DNA of 64,000 nt from contig WOUQ01000004.1 of NCBI GenBank assembly GCA_009772925.1, forward strand, positions 18,592 through 82,591, written 5' to 3'. Made by a program: the position numbers and the translations under genes. Each line of letters opens with the position of its first letter. Position 1 is the first letter of the stretch. This DNA comes from a bacterium. Its GTDB lineage: Bacteria; Pseudomonadota; Gammaproteobacteria; Burkholderiales; Thiobacillaceae. Below, piece by piece: positions 49,396-61,628 of the stretch. Under the pieces are notes generated by a model that did not search any database, was not told the origin of the DNA, and worked only from the letters and a program-made list of their open reading frames with translations.

Positions 49396-50073
49396 ATGCC
49401 CAGTGAACAGGAAGTCGTCGGCCGCATCCGCCTGGAGATGGAGAAGCACCTGCGCGAGCAGGGCGCGCCCGAGGAGGTGCACGACTTCCTGGTCCGCCAC
49501 TGGGCCAGGTTGATGGCCGGCGTCTTCATGGCCAAGGGCAACCAGCACGCGGACTGGATGGCCGGTTGGGACACCGTCAACGCCCTGCTCTGGAGCCTGG
49601 CGCCGAAACAGGGCCAGCAGGAGGCGGAACACATGCTGCGCATGTTGCCCATGATCCTGGCGCGCCTGCATGAGGGCTGCGATGCGTTGTCCATCCCGCG
49701 CGCGGCAAGGGACCAGTTCTTTCAGCACCTGGCCATGATGCATGCCGCGGTCGCGCGCGCGGGACTCAGGTTCCAGACGGAGACCGGCGCGGCGCGGCCG
49801 GCCCTGGCCGCCTCCGGCGAGGTTATCCCGCTGTCACAGAAAAGCCGGGACGCTGCCGGAGAACAAGTGCCGCCCACGCCACCGCCCAGTCTCCGCCCGG
49901 GCGATCGCGTCCATCTCAGCCTGGGGGGCGAGGACCGTATCCTCATGGTGCATTGGGTCAGCCCGCTGGGCGGCATGTACCTGTTCACCAATGACCAGGG
50001 CCTGGATGCGCTGACCCTGACACGGGCCAGACTGGCGGAGCGTTTCGCCGCGGGTACCGCGCGCATGGCCTGA
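49396..50073 (+). CDS. Hypothetical protein resembling the C-terminal part of DUF1631 proteins
   Basis: ORF 49336-50073 trimmed to ATG 49396. 225 aa. The similarity call is from memory of the family and is weak. Confidence 0.5.
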   Translation: MPSEQEVVGRIRLEMEKHLREQGAPEEVHDFLVRHWARLMAGVFMAKGNQHADWMAGWDTVNALLWSLAPKQGQQEAEHMLRMLPMILARLHEGCDALSIPRAARDQFFQHLAMMHAAVARAGLRFQTETGAARPALAASGEVIPLSQKSRDAAGEQVPPTPPPSLRPGDRVHLSLGGEDRILMVHWVSPLGGMYLFTNDQGLDALTLTRARLAERFAAGTARMA

Positions 50074-50087
50074 AGCCGGGCCCCGCC

Positions 50088-50951
50088 TCAGACGGAGAGG
50101 CGCACGGGCAGGCCCAGGGCTTCGATGCGTGCCGCCAACCCGCGCAGCCAGCTTTCCGGCAGCGGGTCCAGGCGCGCCGCCTCCGCCTGCAGCGAGGGAC
50201 GGGCCAGGCCGTACAGGAGGACGCCGCGCAGGGCCGGAATCTCTGCCCGGCCACGGCGCAGCAGGCTTAAATAGGCGTCGATTTCCGCCGGCGCGGGGGG
50301 AGATCCGTCCAGGCTGAACATGCAGGTCTGCACCCAGGTCGGGCACAGACCGGCGACTGTCGCCAAGCGGCGGAAATGTGCGGCCGGATCGGTGGCGGTG
50401 CCGTTGACCTGGGCGATACCGGCGCGCGTGGCGCGGTCCAGCTTGAACCAGACCTCGCCGTTGAGACCCGCCATCGCCGCCAGGCCGGCGCTGACATGGG
50501 CGCGGCCCGCCAGGCTGCCGTTGCTGATCAGGATCAGCTTGATTCCGCCGGCCAGACCGAAGTCTTCCAGGATCCGTCCGATACGTTCGACCACCCGCGG
50601 GAATTCGCGCGCGCTGGTGGGCTCGCCGTTGCCGGAGATGGCCACGTCGTTGAGCCGGCGCATGCCTTCCGGCACCGCGCGGACCATGAAATCACCATGC
50701 ACCACGTCCGTCAGCATGGCGCGCAGTTCCTCCTCCAGGCGATCGAGGTCCAGCGGCGGCGGACCGCCACGCTGGAGATCCGGGACCTGGCAATAGATGC
50801 AGCGCCAATTGCAGGCATTGTTGGGGTTCAGGTTGACGCCCACGGACACCCCGCCGGCGCGGCGCGACACCACGGGATAGACATAGGTCATGCCGGCGCG
50901 GTCACGGTCGTGGTCGGCCACGCTGAGAAGGCGATCTTGCCCGCGCGTCAT
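50088..50951 (-). CDS. Radical SAM protein, function unknown
   Basis: CNWRCIYC (CxxxCxxC) cluster motif and ISGNGEPT motif. No SPASM-type extra Cys clusters. Start is ATG 50951, with ATG 50891 as an alternative. The upstream extension would overlap dsbA. Confidence 0.8.
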   Translation of the reverse strand: MTRGQDRLLSVADHDRDRAGMTYVYPVVSRRAGGVSVGVNLNPNNACNWRCIYCQVPDLQRGGPPPLDLDRLEEELRAMLTDVVHGDFMVRAVPEGMRRLNDVAISGNGEPTSAREFPRVVERIGRILEDFGLAGGIKLILISNGSLAGRAHVSAGLAAMAGLNGEVWFKLDRATRAGIAQVNGTATDPAAHFRRLATVAGLCPTWVQTCMFSLDGSPPAPAEIDAYLSLLRRGRAEIPALRGVLLYGLARPSLQAEAARLDPLPESWLRGLAARIEALGLPVRLSV

Positions 50952-50991
50952 GCCCGATGCGGTCGCTTGCGCTGCGTTCAGAACCGGCGTA

Positions 50992-51675
50992 CTAGCGGGT
51001 GCCGCCGGGTTTGCTCTTGCGCGTGGAGCGCGCCTTGACAATGACGGCATCGGTGATGCTCAGCAGGTCGGGCAGGCCCCGCGCGGCCTGGCCCAGCACG
51101 ACGTAGCGTCCGTCCACGGCGAGGGTGGGTACCGCGTCGACGCGATAGGCGCGGGCGAGCTGCTCGGCGCGGGCCAGCTTGGTCTCCACGGCGAAGGAGC
51201 GGAAGGTCTCGCTGAACCGCCGGCTGTCCACCCCCTGCTTGGCCAGCCAGTCCAGGCTGGTCTTTTCCGTGTACAGGTTGACCTTGTGCTTATGGATGGC
51301 CTCGAACATCGCGTGCTGCAAGCCCGCCAGCTGGCCGCCCGATTCCAGGGCAAAGTGCATGCGCGCCAGGTTGGCCCAGGCGGCGCGACCGAAGGTGACC
51401 GGGATCTGGCGGAAGGCCACATCCTTCGGCAGACGCTCCACCCAGGGAGTGATGAGGGGATGCAGGTCGCGGCAGTGACCGCAACCATAGGAAAAGAACT
51501 CCAGCACCTCGATCTTGCCTGGACTGTCGCCCGGCTGGGCGGGCGAAAGGGCCGCCCAGTCGCGCCCTTCCACCAACTCCTGGGGGGCGCCGCGGGACAG
51601 CGCCTGGGTGGGAACGAGCCCGGCCGCCAGGGCGGCCAGCAGGGACTGATTGAATCGGCGACGTGACAGGGGCAT
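50992..51675 (-). CDS. dsbA: Thiol:disulfide oxidoreductase DsbA
   Basis: ORF trimmed to ATG 51675. 227 aa with active site FFSYGCGHCRDL. The signal peptide contains SRRRFNQ. Confidence 0.9.
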   Translation of the reverse strand: MPLSRRRFNQSLLAALAAGLVPTQALSRGAPQELVEGRDWAALSPAQPGDSPGKIEVLEFFSYGCGHCRDLHPLITPWVERLPKDVAFRQIPVTFGRAAWANLARMHFALESGGQLAGLQHAMFEAIHKHKVNLYTEKTSLDWLAKQGVDSRRFSETFRSFAVETKLARAEQLARAYRVDAVPTLAVDGRYVVLGQAARGLPDLLSITDAVIVKARSTRKSKPGGTR

Positions 51676-51689
51676 GTGGACTCTCAGGA

Positions 51690-52205
51690 CTATCGGTGGA
51701 GGGAGGCGCGCGCGGACGGGCGCAGGGCCCAGGCCGCAGCGCCCAGACAGGCGAGGAAAAAGATCAGGGACCAGTTCGCCAGACTCAGTCCCAGCACCAT
51801 GAGTTCCGTGTCCTCGCAGAAACCGGTGGCCAGGAACAGCGTGGGCCATTGCTGGCCCAGCCATTCCACCAGACGTTCGATCAGGCCGGGTTCCCCGGCC
51901 ATGCAGGAGATGCTGCCTGCCGGCTGCATCTGCAGCCAGCTCTGGTAGGCGGCGGTGGCGGCGCCGGCGGCGGCGGTGGCCAGGACGAGTCCGCCGGCCA
52001 GCATACCCAGGCGCGTGCCCGCCTTAAGGGCCGCAAGCAGACCGAGCAGGGCGAGCAGCATGTAGAGCAGGCGCTGGAAGATGCACAGATGGCAGGGATG
52101 CAGGTCCAGCCATGCGCTCAGCAACAGGCTCGCCGCCGCCAGCGCGAAGGCGCCGGCCGCGACCAGGGACCACAGCAGCCGGGGCAGGTGGGCGCGCGAG
52201 AACAT
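51690..52205 (-). CDS. dsbB: Disulfide bond formation protein DsbB
   Basis: 171 aa, 4 TM, first-loop CxxC (PCHLC). Confidence 0.88.
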   Translation of the reverse strand: MFSRAHLPRLLWSLVAAGAFALAAASLLLSAWLDLHPCHLCIFQRLLYMLLALLGLLAALKAGTRLGMLAGGLVLATAAAGAATAAYQSWLQMQPAGSISCMAGEPGLIERLVEWLGQQWPTLFLATGFCEDTELMVLGLSLANWSLIFFLACLGAAAWALRPSARASLHR

Positions 52206-52230
52206 GGCGAGATTCTGTCACACTCGCGCC

Positions 52231-53265
52231 ATGCTTCCCGATTTCGCCTCCCGCGTGGTCGCCTGGCAGCGCGCGCATGGCCGTCACAACCTGCCCTGGC
52301 AGGGCGGGCACGATCCCTATCCGGTGTGGGTGTCGGAAATCATGCTGCAGCAGACCCGGGTGGACAGCGTCATCCCGTATTTCACGCGTTTCCTGGCGCG
52401 CTTCCCGGATCTCGCCGCGCTGGCGGCGGCCGACGAGGACGAGGTGCTGGCGCTGTGGTCGGGCCTTGGCTACTACAGCCGCGCGCGCAATCTGCATGCC
52501 GCCGCCCGCCGCATCCTGGCCGAGTATTCCGGGCGCTTTCCAGCCGACCCCGAGGCCCTGACCGCGCTGCCGGGCATCGGCCGCTCCACCGCCGCCGCCA
52601 TTGCCGCGCTCGCCTTCGGGCAGCGGCGGGCGATCCTGGACGGCAACGTGAAGCGGGTGCTGGCGCGCGTGTTCGGCGTCGAGGGGTGGCCCGGGGAGCG
52701 GACCGTGGAGAACGAACTCTGGCGCCTTGCAGAGGCCCTGCTGCCGGAACGTGACCTGCCCGCCTACACGCAGGGCCTCATGGACCTTGGCGCCACCCTG
52801 TGCACCCGGGTGGCGCCCCGCTGCGACGCCTGTCCCCTGGGCGACGCCTGCCTGGCGCGCCGTCAGGGCCGCCAGCGGCAACTGCCGGCGCCGCGGCCGC
52901 GCAAGCCCGTGCGAGAACGCGCCGTCGCCATGCTGGTGCTGTTGCACGCGGGTACGGTGCTGTTGGAAAAACGCCCCCCGACCGGCGTCTGGGGTGGCTT
53001 GTGGAGTCTGCCTGAATGCGCCGAGGCCGAGGACCCCGGCGCGGTTGCGGAGCGGCTTGGCTGCCGCGTCGCCGATGCAGCGGCGTTGCCGATCGTCAGC
53101 CATGCCTTCACGCATTTCCGCCTGCGCATCCAGCCCTGGCGGCTGCGGGCGCAGCCGCGTCCCGGCGCCGCCGAGCCGGGACGTCTTTGGCTGGACCTGA
53201 ACGACATCGAGGGGGCGGCGCTGCCCGCGCCGGTGCGCCGCATACTCCTCGACGCGCGGGCATAA
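52231..53265 (+). CDS. mutY: A/G-specific adenine DNA glycosylase
   Basis: ORF trimmed to ATG 52231. HhH-GPD region and Fe-S loop CTRVAPRCDACPLGDAC. C-terminal NUDIX-like domain. Confidence 0.93.
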   Translation: MLPDFASRVVAWQRAHGRHNLPWQGGHDPYPVWVSEIMLQQTRVDSVIPYFTRFLARFPDLAALAAADEDEVLALWSGLGYYSRARNLHAAARRILAEYSGRFPADPEALTALPGIGRSTAAAIAALAFGQRRAILDGNVKRVLARVFGVEGWPGERTVENELWRLAEALLPERDLPAYTQGLMDLGATLCTRVAPRCDACPLGDACLARRQGRQRQLPAPRPRKPVRERAVAMLVLLHAGTVLLEKRPPTGVWGGLWSLPECAEAEDPGAVAERLGCRVADAAALPIVSHAFTHFRLRIQPWRLRAQPRPGAAEPGRLWLDLNDIEGAALPAPVRRILLDARA

Positions 53266-53273
53266 TCGGTCGC

Positions 53274-55511
53274 ATGGCCTGCGCCCAATCCTCCCTGCCA
53301 CGCGCGCTCGCGCTGTTCGCGCTGATCCTGGCCGGCGTGCTCGGCCTTGCCCTGGGGGGCCTGCGGCATGCCGGAGAAAATCAGGCTGAGTCGCTGGCCC
53401 GCGCGGAATTGCGGCTCATGGCCGATGCCTTGGGCCGCGAGCTGGCCGCGCGCGGCATTGGTCTGGCCAAGGCGGCAGCGGTGCTGGCCGAGGATCCCGG
53501 TCTCGCCCGCGCCCTTGTCGGCGCCGATCTGCTTCAGGCCGAAGTCAACCTGGGTGAGCGCGTGCGCGGCTTCGGTGCCGATCTGGCGCTGCTGGTGAGC
53601 CTGGACGGTCGCGTTCTCCTGGATGTCTTCGATACGATGGAGCCCGGTGCCGATTTTCCCGACCCGCGCATGCTGCGCATGGCCGCGACGGAAGGCGCCG
53701 TGGCCGGATATCTGGGTCTACGCGAGCGCGTCCACCAGCTGGTCCTGGTGCCCGTGCCGGGGCCCGCGCAAGCTCCCGCCGCCTGGCTGGCCCTGGGCGT
53801 GCCGCTGGGCGATGCAGAGCTGGCGCAACTGCGTTTTCACGGCGACGCGCACGCCTATCTGTTCGCGCTCGAAGCGCGTGGCGGTCGCCTGCTGGCCGCC
53901 TCGTCGCAGGGCCCCGCACGCCTGGCGTTGTCGAATTGGCTGGCGGACCGGTCCTCCGCACCCGCTTCCTTGCACGACGCCGCGCTGGCCGGAGGTGAGC
54001 ACTGGATCCAGCTGGCACCGCTGCATTCTGCAGACGGCAACACCTTCGCAGTGGCCCTGAGCCTGCCGCGCAATGCCGCGCAATTGCCCATTTGGGCGCA
54101 GCCCATCTTTCTTGCCGCCATGTTCGTCGTCGGCCTGCTGGCTCCCGTGCTGCTCGCCTGGAGGCTGTTTGCGCGTGGCGATGGTGGCGCGCTGCCCGCC
54201 TCGGCGATGGATGCCAACCCCGACGCCGTTGCGCGCGAGCCGGCCGACTTGTCCGACCCGATCACCGGGTTGGTCGGGCGCGACGGCTTCCTCGCCGAGG
54301 TCGATGCCCTGCTGCGCGAGCGCCCGAGCCCGTGCATTCTGCTGGTGGCCAGGCTGGCGCGCTGGAACGCGCTGCGCGATGCCTTCGGCGACGCGCTCGG
54401 CGATGACCTGCTCGGCGCCCTCGGTCGCCGCCTGCGCGGTCGCGGGGACTGGCTGGCGGCGCGCGTGGGCGATGCCGATTTCGCCTTGTTCTGTCCGCTC
54501 GACGAGGCTTCAGCCGATGCCTGGGAAGTAAGTGTGCGCGCCTTGCTGGAAGTCCCCGTCGAGTTGCGGGGCGAGTCCCTCGATGCGGGTATCCACCTGG
54601 GCAGCGCCAGCAGCCCAGGCGACGGGAGCGACGCCACGCTGTTGCTGCGTCGGGCTTGCACGGCGATGCGCCAGGGCATGGACGGCATGGGTGGGCACGT
54701 CGCCTTCGACGCTCGCTTCGAGGCCGACGCGGCGCGCCGTCTGGTCCTGCTCGAGGAACTTCGCACGGCCATCGAGGCGGACCGCCTGCAGGCGCGTTTC
54801 CGGCCGCGCGCCCGCCTGGCCGACGGCCGCGTGGTGGCCTGCGCGCTGGAGACGTACTGGCCGCATGCGCAATTCGGCGATATGGGGATAGACGATTTCC
54901 TGCTCGTCGCCGAGCAGGGCGGTTTAATTCGCCCCTTTACCCGCTGGCTGGTCTCCACCGCCGCCGCGCGCGTCGGGGAGTGGCGCACGCCGGGGCTGGA
55001 CATCGCCGTCGGCCTGCGCTTGCCCTCGCGCGCCCTGGCCGACCACGAGGTGGTGGAACTGCTGGCCGGCGCCCTGGCCCGCCACAATCTACCGCCCGAG
55101 GCGCTCATCGTCGAGATCGGCGACGTGGCCCACAGCGAGGACATCGACACCGCGGTCGCGGTCGTCCATGCCATCGGCGCCCTCGGCCTGCAAGTCGCCA
55201 TGGCCGACCCGGGCGGTGTCTGTTTCAGTCTGGATCGCCTCGCGCGACTGCCGGTGAACCAGTTGATCATTCACCGGTCATCGGTACAGCGCATGCTGGG
55301 ATCCGCCCAGGATGCGGTTTTCGTGCACGCGACCATCGATCTCGCCCATGCCTTGGGCATGCGCGTGGTGGCCGAGGGCGTCGACAGCATCGAGTTCTGG
55401 GGTCCACTGGGGTTCCATGGTTGTGACCAGGCCCAGGGTGACCATGTTGGTCCGTGCATGCAGGCGGAAGAACTGGTTGCCTGGCTCACGCGGACCGATG
55501 CCGGTGGCTGA
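53274..55511 (+). CDS. Membrane sensor protein with degenerate GGDEF and degenerate EAL domains
   Basis: ORF trimmed to ATG 53274. 745 aa. TM, then a roughly 290-aa periplasmic region, then TM. GGDEF site reads RVGDADF. EAL reads CAL(E). DDFGTG reads MADPGG. Confidence 0.82.
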   Translation: MACAQSSLPRALALFALILAGVLGLALGGLRHAGENQAESLARAELRLMADALGRELAARGIGLAKAAAVLAEDPGLARALVGADLLQAEVNLGERVRGFGADLALLVSLDGRVLLDVFDTMEPGADFPDPRMLRMAATEGAVAGYLGLRERVHQLVLVPVPGPAQAPAAWLALGVPLGDAELAQLRFHGDAHAYLFALEARGGRLLAASSQGPARLALSNWLADRSSAPASLHDAALAGGEHWIQLAPLHSADGNTFAVALSLPRNAAQLPIWAQPIFLAAMFVVGLLAPVLLAWRLFARGDGGALPASAMDANPDAVAREPADLSDPITGLVGRDGFLAEVDALLRERPSPCILLVARLARWNALRDAFGDALGDDLLGALGRRLRGRGDWLAARVGDADFALFCPLDEASADAWEVSVRALLEVPVELRGESLDAGIHLGSASSPGDGSDATLLLRRACTAMRQGMDGMGGHVAFDARFEADAARRLVLLEELRTAIEADRLQARFRPRARLADGRVVACALETYWPHAQFGDMGIDDFLLVAEQGGLIRPFTRWLVSTAAARVGEWRTPGLDIAVGLRLPSRALADHEVVELLAGALARHNLPPEALIVEIGDVAHSEDIDTAVAVVHAIGALGLQVAMADPGGVCFSLDRLARLPVNQLIIHRSSVQRMLGSAQDAVFVHATIDLAHALGMRVVAEGVDSIEFWGPLGFHGCDQAQGDHVGPCMQAEELVAWLTRTDAGG

Positions 55512-55592
55512 GGGACATTGTGCCGGCCCCCATGCAGCGGGCGTGGTGGCGGTAAGCAGGTACGCATGCATCGCGCCCGTGGGAGAACCGAC

Positions 55593-56435
55593 ATGACCCA
55601 GCGAATCCCGATCCGCCTCCTGCCCACCCGCGCCGTCACCGAAGGCGCCGGCGTGCGGGTGCGCCGCGCCATCGGCACCCCCGAGCTGCGCGAGCTCGAC
55701 CCCTTCCTGCTGCTCGATCATTTCGGCAGCGACGACCCGGACGACTACGGCGCCGGTTTCCCCGAGCATCCGCATCGCGGTTTCGTCACTTTCACGCACA
55801 TGCTCGACGGGCACATGGAACACCGCGACAGCATGGGCAACCGCGGCGACCTGCGGGCCGGCGGGGCGCAGTGGATGAAGGCGGCGTCCGGCGTGATCCA
55901 TGCCGAGATGCCGCGGCAGACGCGGGGCCGCATGCGCGGCTTCCAGCTCTGGCTCAACCTGCCGGCGGCCGAGAAGATGTCGGCTCCCGACTATCGCGAC
56001 TTCAGCGCCGACGACATCCCGGAAGTGACCGACGGCGCCGCGCGCGTGCGCGTGCTGGCCGGCGAGTATGGCGGGCGCGAGGGGGCGCTGCGCGACCCGC
56101 ACACCGGCCTGCTCTATCTGGAAGCGAGCCTGCCCGCGCATGGCCGCCTCGAGGTCCCGCTGCCGGCCTCCCACCAGGTCTTCGTCTATGTATTCGAAGG
56201 CGACGCGGCCATCCTGGGCCATCCCGTGCCGCCCCACCACCTGGCCGTGCTGGGAGCCGGCGACAGCCTGGAGCTGGATGCCGGCGCCGACGGCGCGCGC
56301 CTCATCCTGGTGGCCGGCCGGCCCCTGGGCGAGCCGGTGGAACGTCACGGTCCGTTCGTCATGAACACCCGCCAGGAAATCGAGCAGGCCCTGGCGGACT
56401 ACCGCGACGGCCGCCTGGTCCGCCCGCGCGCGTGA
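55593..56435 (+). CDS. Pirin-family protein
   Basis: ORF trimmed to ATG 55593. 280 aa, with FPEHPHRGF in the metal-binding cupin. Confidence 0.9.
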   Translation: MTQRIPIRLLPTRAVTEGAGVRVRRAIGTPELRELDPFLLLDHFGSDDPDDYGAGFPEHPHRGFVTFTHMLDGHMEHRDSMGNRGDLRAGGAQWMKAASGVIHAEMPRQTRGRMRGFQLWLNLPAAEKMSAPDYRDFSADDIPEVTDGAARVRVLAGEYGGREGALRDPHTGLLYLEASLPAHGRLEVPLPASHQVFVYVFEGDAAILGHPVPPHHLAVLGAGDSLELDAGADGARLILVAGRPLGEPVERHGPFVMNTRQEIEQALADYRDGRLVRPRA

Positions 56436-56839
56436 GCCGTTGCGCCCCCCCGCGCGAGCCCGGCACGGCCGCCGCGCGCCTCGACAAATGGCTGTGGGCC
56501 GCGCGCTTCTTCAAGACCCGCGCCCTCGCCCATGAGGCGGTGGAAGCGGGCAGGGTGCGGCTCAACGGCGAGCGGGTGAAACCCGGACGGGTGATCAAGC
56601 CGGGCGACGAACTGAGCATCCAGGTCGGCGACCTCACCTGGAAACTGCGGGTGGAAGCACTGTCCGAGCGGCGCGGGCCGGCCGCCGAGGCGCGCCGCCT
56701 GTATGTCGAGGATGAGGCCAGCCGCGAGGCGAGGGAGCGGCGCATCGAGGAACGCAAGTGGCAGTCCGATCCCGCCGCCGCCCTGCACGGGCGCCCCACC
56801 AAGCGCGACCGTCGCCTGATCCATCGCTTCAACGAGTAA
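56432..56839 (+). CDS. hslR: Ribosome-associated heat shock protein Hsp15 (S4 domain)
   Basis: GTG 56432 overlaps the pirin stop. RLDKWLWAARFFKTRALA S4 motif. 135 aa. Confidence 0.85.
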   Translation: MSRCAPPREPGTAAARLDKWLWAARFFKTRALAHEAVEAGRVRLNGERVKPGRVIKPGDELSIQVGDLTWKLRVEALSERRGPAAEARRLYVEDEASREARERRIEERKWQSDPAAALHGRPTKRDRRLIHRFNE

Positions 56840-56939
56840 ACGGGCGCGCGGCGCCCCCGGTTTCTAAACAATATTTGACGTTTTTCCTCGCCTTTTTCCG
56901 CCATCATTCGCGCATGTCGGACAGACGCCGGAGCGCGCA

Positions 56940-57680
56940 ATGGAGAAATCCCGGACCGAGGTGAAACGCCGCATCCTGGTGGTGGAGGACGACGCCGACA
57001 TCGCCGACATCCTGCAACTCAACCTCGCCGACGAGGGCTACGCGGTGGACCGCGCGGAAGACGGCGAGAAGGGCCTGGCGTTCCTGCGGCAGACGGCCTA
57101 CGACGCCCTCATCCTGGACATCATGCTGCCCGGCATCGACGGTTTGGAGGTGTGCCGCCAGGTGCGCGCGATGCCGCGCTACACGCCGATCATCATCATC
57201 AGCGCGCGCACCGGCGAATCGCAGCGCGTCCTCGGCCTGGAGCTGGGCGCCGACGACTACGTCACCAAACCCTTCTCCCTGCAGGAACTGCTGGCGCGCG
57301 TGCGCGCCCTGTTCCGCCGCGTCGACGCCCTCGACCGCGGCGCGCGCCAGCAAGCCGGCCTGCTGGAGAGCGGCGACCTGGCCATCGACCCGCTGGCGCG
57401 GCAGGTGCGTTGCCGCGGCGAGGCGGTGGAGCTGACCGCGCGCGAATTCGACCTGCTGTTCTACTTCGCCCGCCATCCCGGCCAGGTCTTCTCGCGCATG
57501 GACCTGCTCACCCAGGTATGGGGCTACGGCCACGAAGGTTACGAGCACACCGTGAACACCCACATCAACCGCCTGCGCGGCAAGATCGAGGCGGACCCGG
57601 CCCGGCCGGAAATGATCCGCACGGTCTGGGGCGTGGGCTACAAGTTCACCCCGGAGGCGGGGCAAGGAGAGACACCATGA
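56940..57680 (+). CDS. OmpR-family response regulator
   Basis: 246 aa. Receiver (ILVVEDD...DIMLPGIDG) plus winged-helix (TAREFDLL...VWGVGYKF). Confidence 0.93.
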   Translation: MEKSRTEVKRRILVVEDDADIADILQLNLADEGYAVDRAEDGEKGLAFLRQTAYDALILDIMLPGIDGLEVCRQVRAMPRYTPIIIISARTGESQRVLGLELGADDYVTKPFSLQELLARVRALFRRVDALDRGARQQAGLLESGDLAIDPLARQVRCRGEAVELTAREFDLLFYFARHPGQVFSRMDLLTQVWGYGHEGYEHTVNTHINRLRGKIEADPARPEMIRTVWGVGYKFTPEAGQGETP

Positions 57681-59131
57681 TGCGCAGCCTGTACGGCCGC
57701 CTGGCCCTGGTCTTCGCCGTGCTCACCCTGGCCTGTGGCGGCTTCACCGCCTGGCTGTTCCAGGACATGGCCGCGCGCCATCAACAGGAGGTGTTGCAAC
57801 GCCTGTCGAAGGATCTGGCCCAGCACATCGCCAGCCACACCGATCTGGTGAAGGAACTGAAATGGAACCGGCCGGCGGTGGAGGAACTGTTCCACATGCT
57901 CATGGTGGTGAACCCAGGCATCGAGGTCTATCTCATCCAGGCCAACGGCCATATCGATGCCCACGTCGCCCCGCCCGGCACGGTCAAGCGCCAGTCGGTG
58001 GATCTGGCGCCCGTGCGCGCCTATCTGGCCGGCAATCGTTTCCCGCTGCTGGGCGACGATCCGCGCAGCGCCACGGCGAAGAAGATTTTCAGCGTCGCCC
58101 CCTGCGTCCAGGACGGCCACACCGTGGGCTACCTCTACGTCATCCTGGCGGGGGAGACCTACGACCGCCTGGCCGCCGACGTCTGGGCCAGCCGGGCCTT
58201 CGCCGGCGGAGCCACACTGATGCTGGCGATGCTGGCCCTCACCTTGGTGGCCGGCCTGGTGGCCTTCGCCCTGATCACCCGGCGCCTGCGCCGCCTGACC
58301 GCCGAGGTGGCGGCGCTGGAAGCGGGCGGGTTGCAGCCGCCGGCGGAGGAGGACGGCCGGGACAGCGCCGATGAAATCGGACTGTTGCGCCGGGCTTTCC
58401 GGCAAATGGCGGCACGGATTGCCGCGCAGGTGGGCGAACTGAAGCGCCAGGACGAGATGCGCCGTGAAATGGTGGCCAACATCTCGCACGACCTGCGCAC
58501 GCCGCTGACCTCGCTCCAGGGCTACCTGGAAACCCTTACCCTCAAGGCCGGCCAGTTGTCGGAGGAGGACCGCAACCGCTACCTGGACGTGGCGGTGCGC
58601 CAGAGCCGCAAGGTGAGCCGGCTGGCGCAGGAACTGTTCGAGCTGGCGCGGCTGGAATGCGACGCGGTGAAGCCCCAGAAGGAACGCTTTGCCCTGGCCG
58701 AGCTGGTCCAGGACGTGCTGCAGAAGTTCGAACTGGCGGCGCGGCAGAAGGGGGTCGTCCTGCGCGCCAGCGTGGCCCCCGAATTGCCCGCCGTCGTAGC
58801 CGACCTGGGCATGATCGAACGGGTGCTCACCAACCTGCTCGACAACGCCCTGCGGCACACCCTGGCCGGTGGCTGGGTGGCCGTTGAACTGACGCGGGAG
58901 GACGGCCGCGTCGGCGTGCGCGTCAGCGACAACGGCGGCGGCATCCCCGCCGAGATCCGCGCCGACATGTTCGAGCGGCCCTCGCCCCTGCGCGGCGGCG
59001 ATGGCCGCGCCTCCGGCGGCCTGGGCCTGCTCATCGTCAAGCGCATCCTCAACCTGCACGGCAGCGCCATCCGCCTGGAAGAGAAGGCCGAAGCCGGCGC
59101 GGCGTTCAGCTTCGCCTTGCCGGCGGCTTAG
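57677..59131 (+). CDS. Sensor histidine kinase (HAMP-HisKA-HATPase)
   Basis: ATGA overlap with the regulator gene. H-box [10 protein letters not shown]-box [10 protein letters not shown]-box GGLGLLIV. Confidence 0.93.
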   Translation: MMRSLYGRLALVFAVLTLACGGFTAWLFQDMAARHQQEVLQRLSKDLAQHIASHTDLVKELKWNRPAVEELFHMLMVVNPGIEVYLIQANGHIDAHVAPPGTVKRQSVDLAPVRAYLAGNRFPLLGDDPRSATAKKIFSVAPCVQDGHTVGYLYVILAGETYDRLAADVWASRAFAGGATLMLAMLALTLVAGLVAFALITRRLRRLTAEVAALEAGGLQPPAEEDGRDSADEIGLLRRAFRQMAARIAAQVGELKRQDEMRREMVANISHDLRTPLTSLQGYLETLTLKAGQLSEEDRNRYLDVAVRQSRKVSRLAQELFELARLECDAVKPQKERFALAELVQDVLQKFELAARQKGVVLRASVAPELPAVVADLGMIERVLTNLLDNALRHTLAGGWVAVELTREDGRVGVRVSDNGGGIPAEIRADMFERPSPLRGGDGRASGGLGLLIVKRILNLHGSAIRLEEKAEAGAAFSFALPAA

Positions 59132-59231
59132 CGAACAGACGCTGGAAGCATCCCGTGAAGGGGGCGTCAAGTCTTGCGGGTGGCGCGGTTTTTCCCCATC
59201 CTGCCCGGCCTTCATCACCCGGTTTTTATCC

Positions 59232-61538
<2,307 letters not shown>

Positions 61539-61542
61539 GAAA

Positions 61543-61580
61543 CCTCCCCGGCCCCGTCTCCGTTGAGACGGGCGGGGAGG
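61543..61580. terminator. Long GC hairpin between convergent tex and tauE
   Basis: CCTCCCCGGCCCCGTCTC-cgtt-GAGACGGGCGGGGAGG. No U-tract on either side. Confidence 0.45.
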
Positions 61581-61628
61581 CTGCCGTGGCGTCGAAGACT
61601 CGCGCGAGAGGTCGCTGCAACGCCGCTT

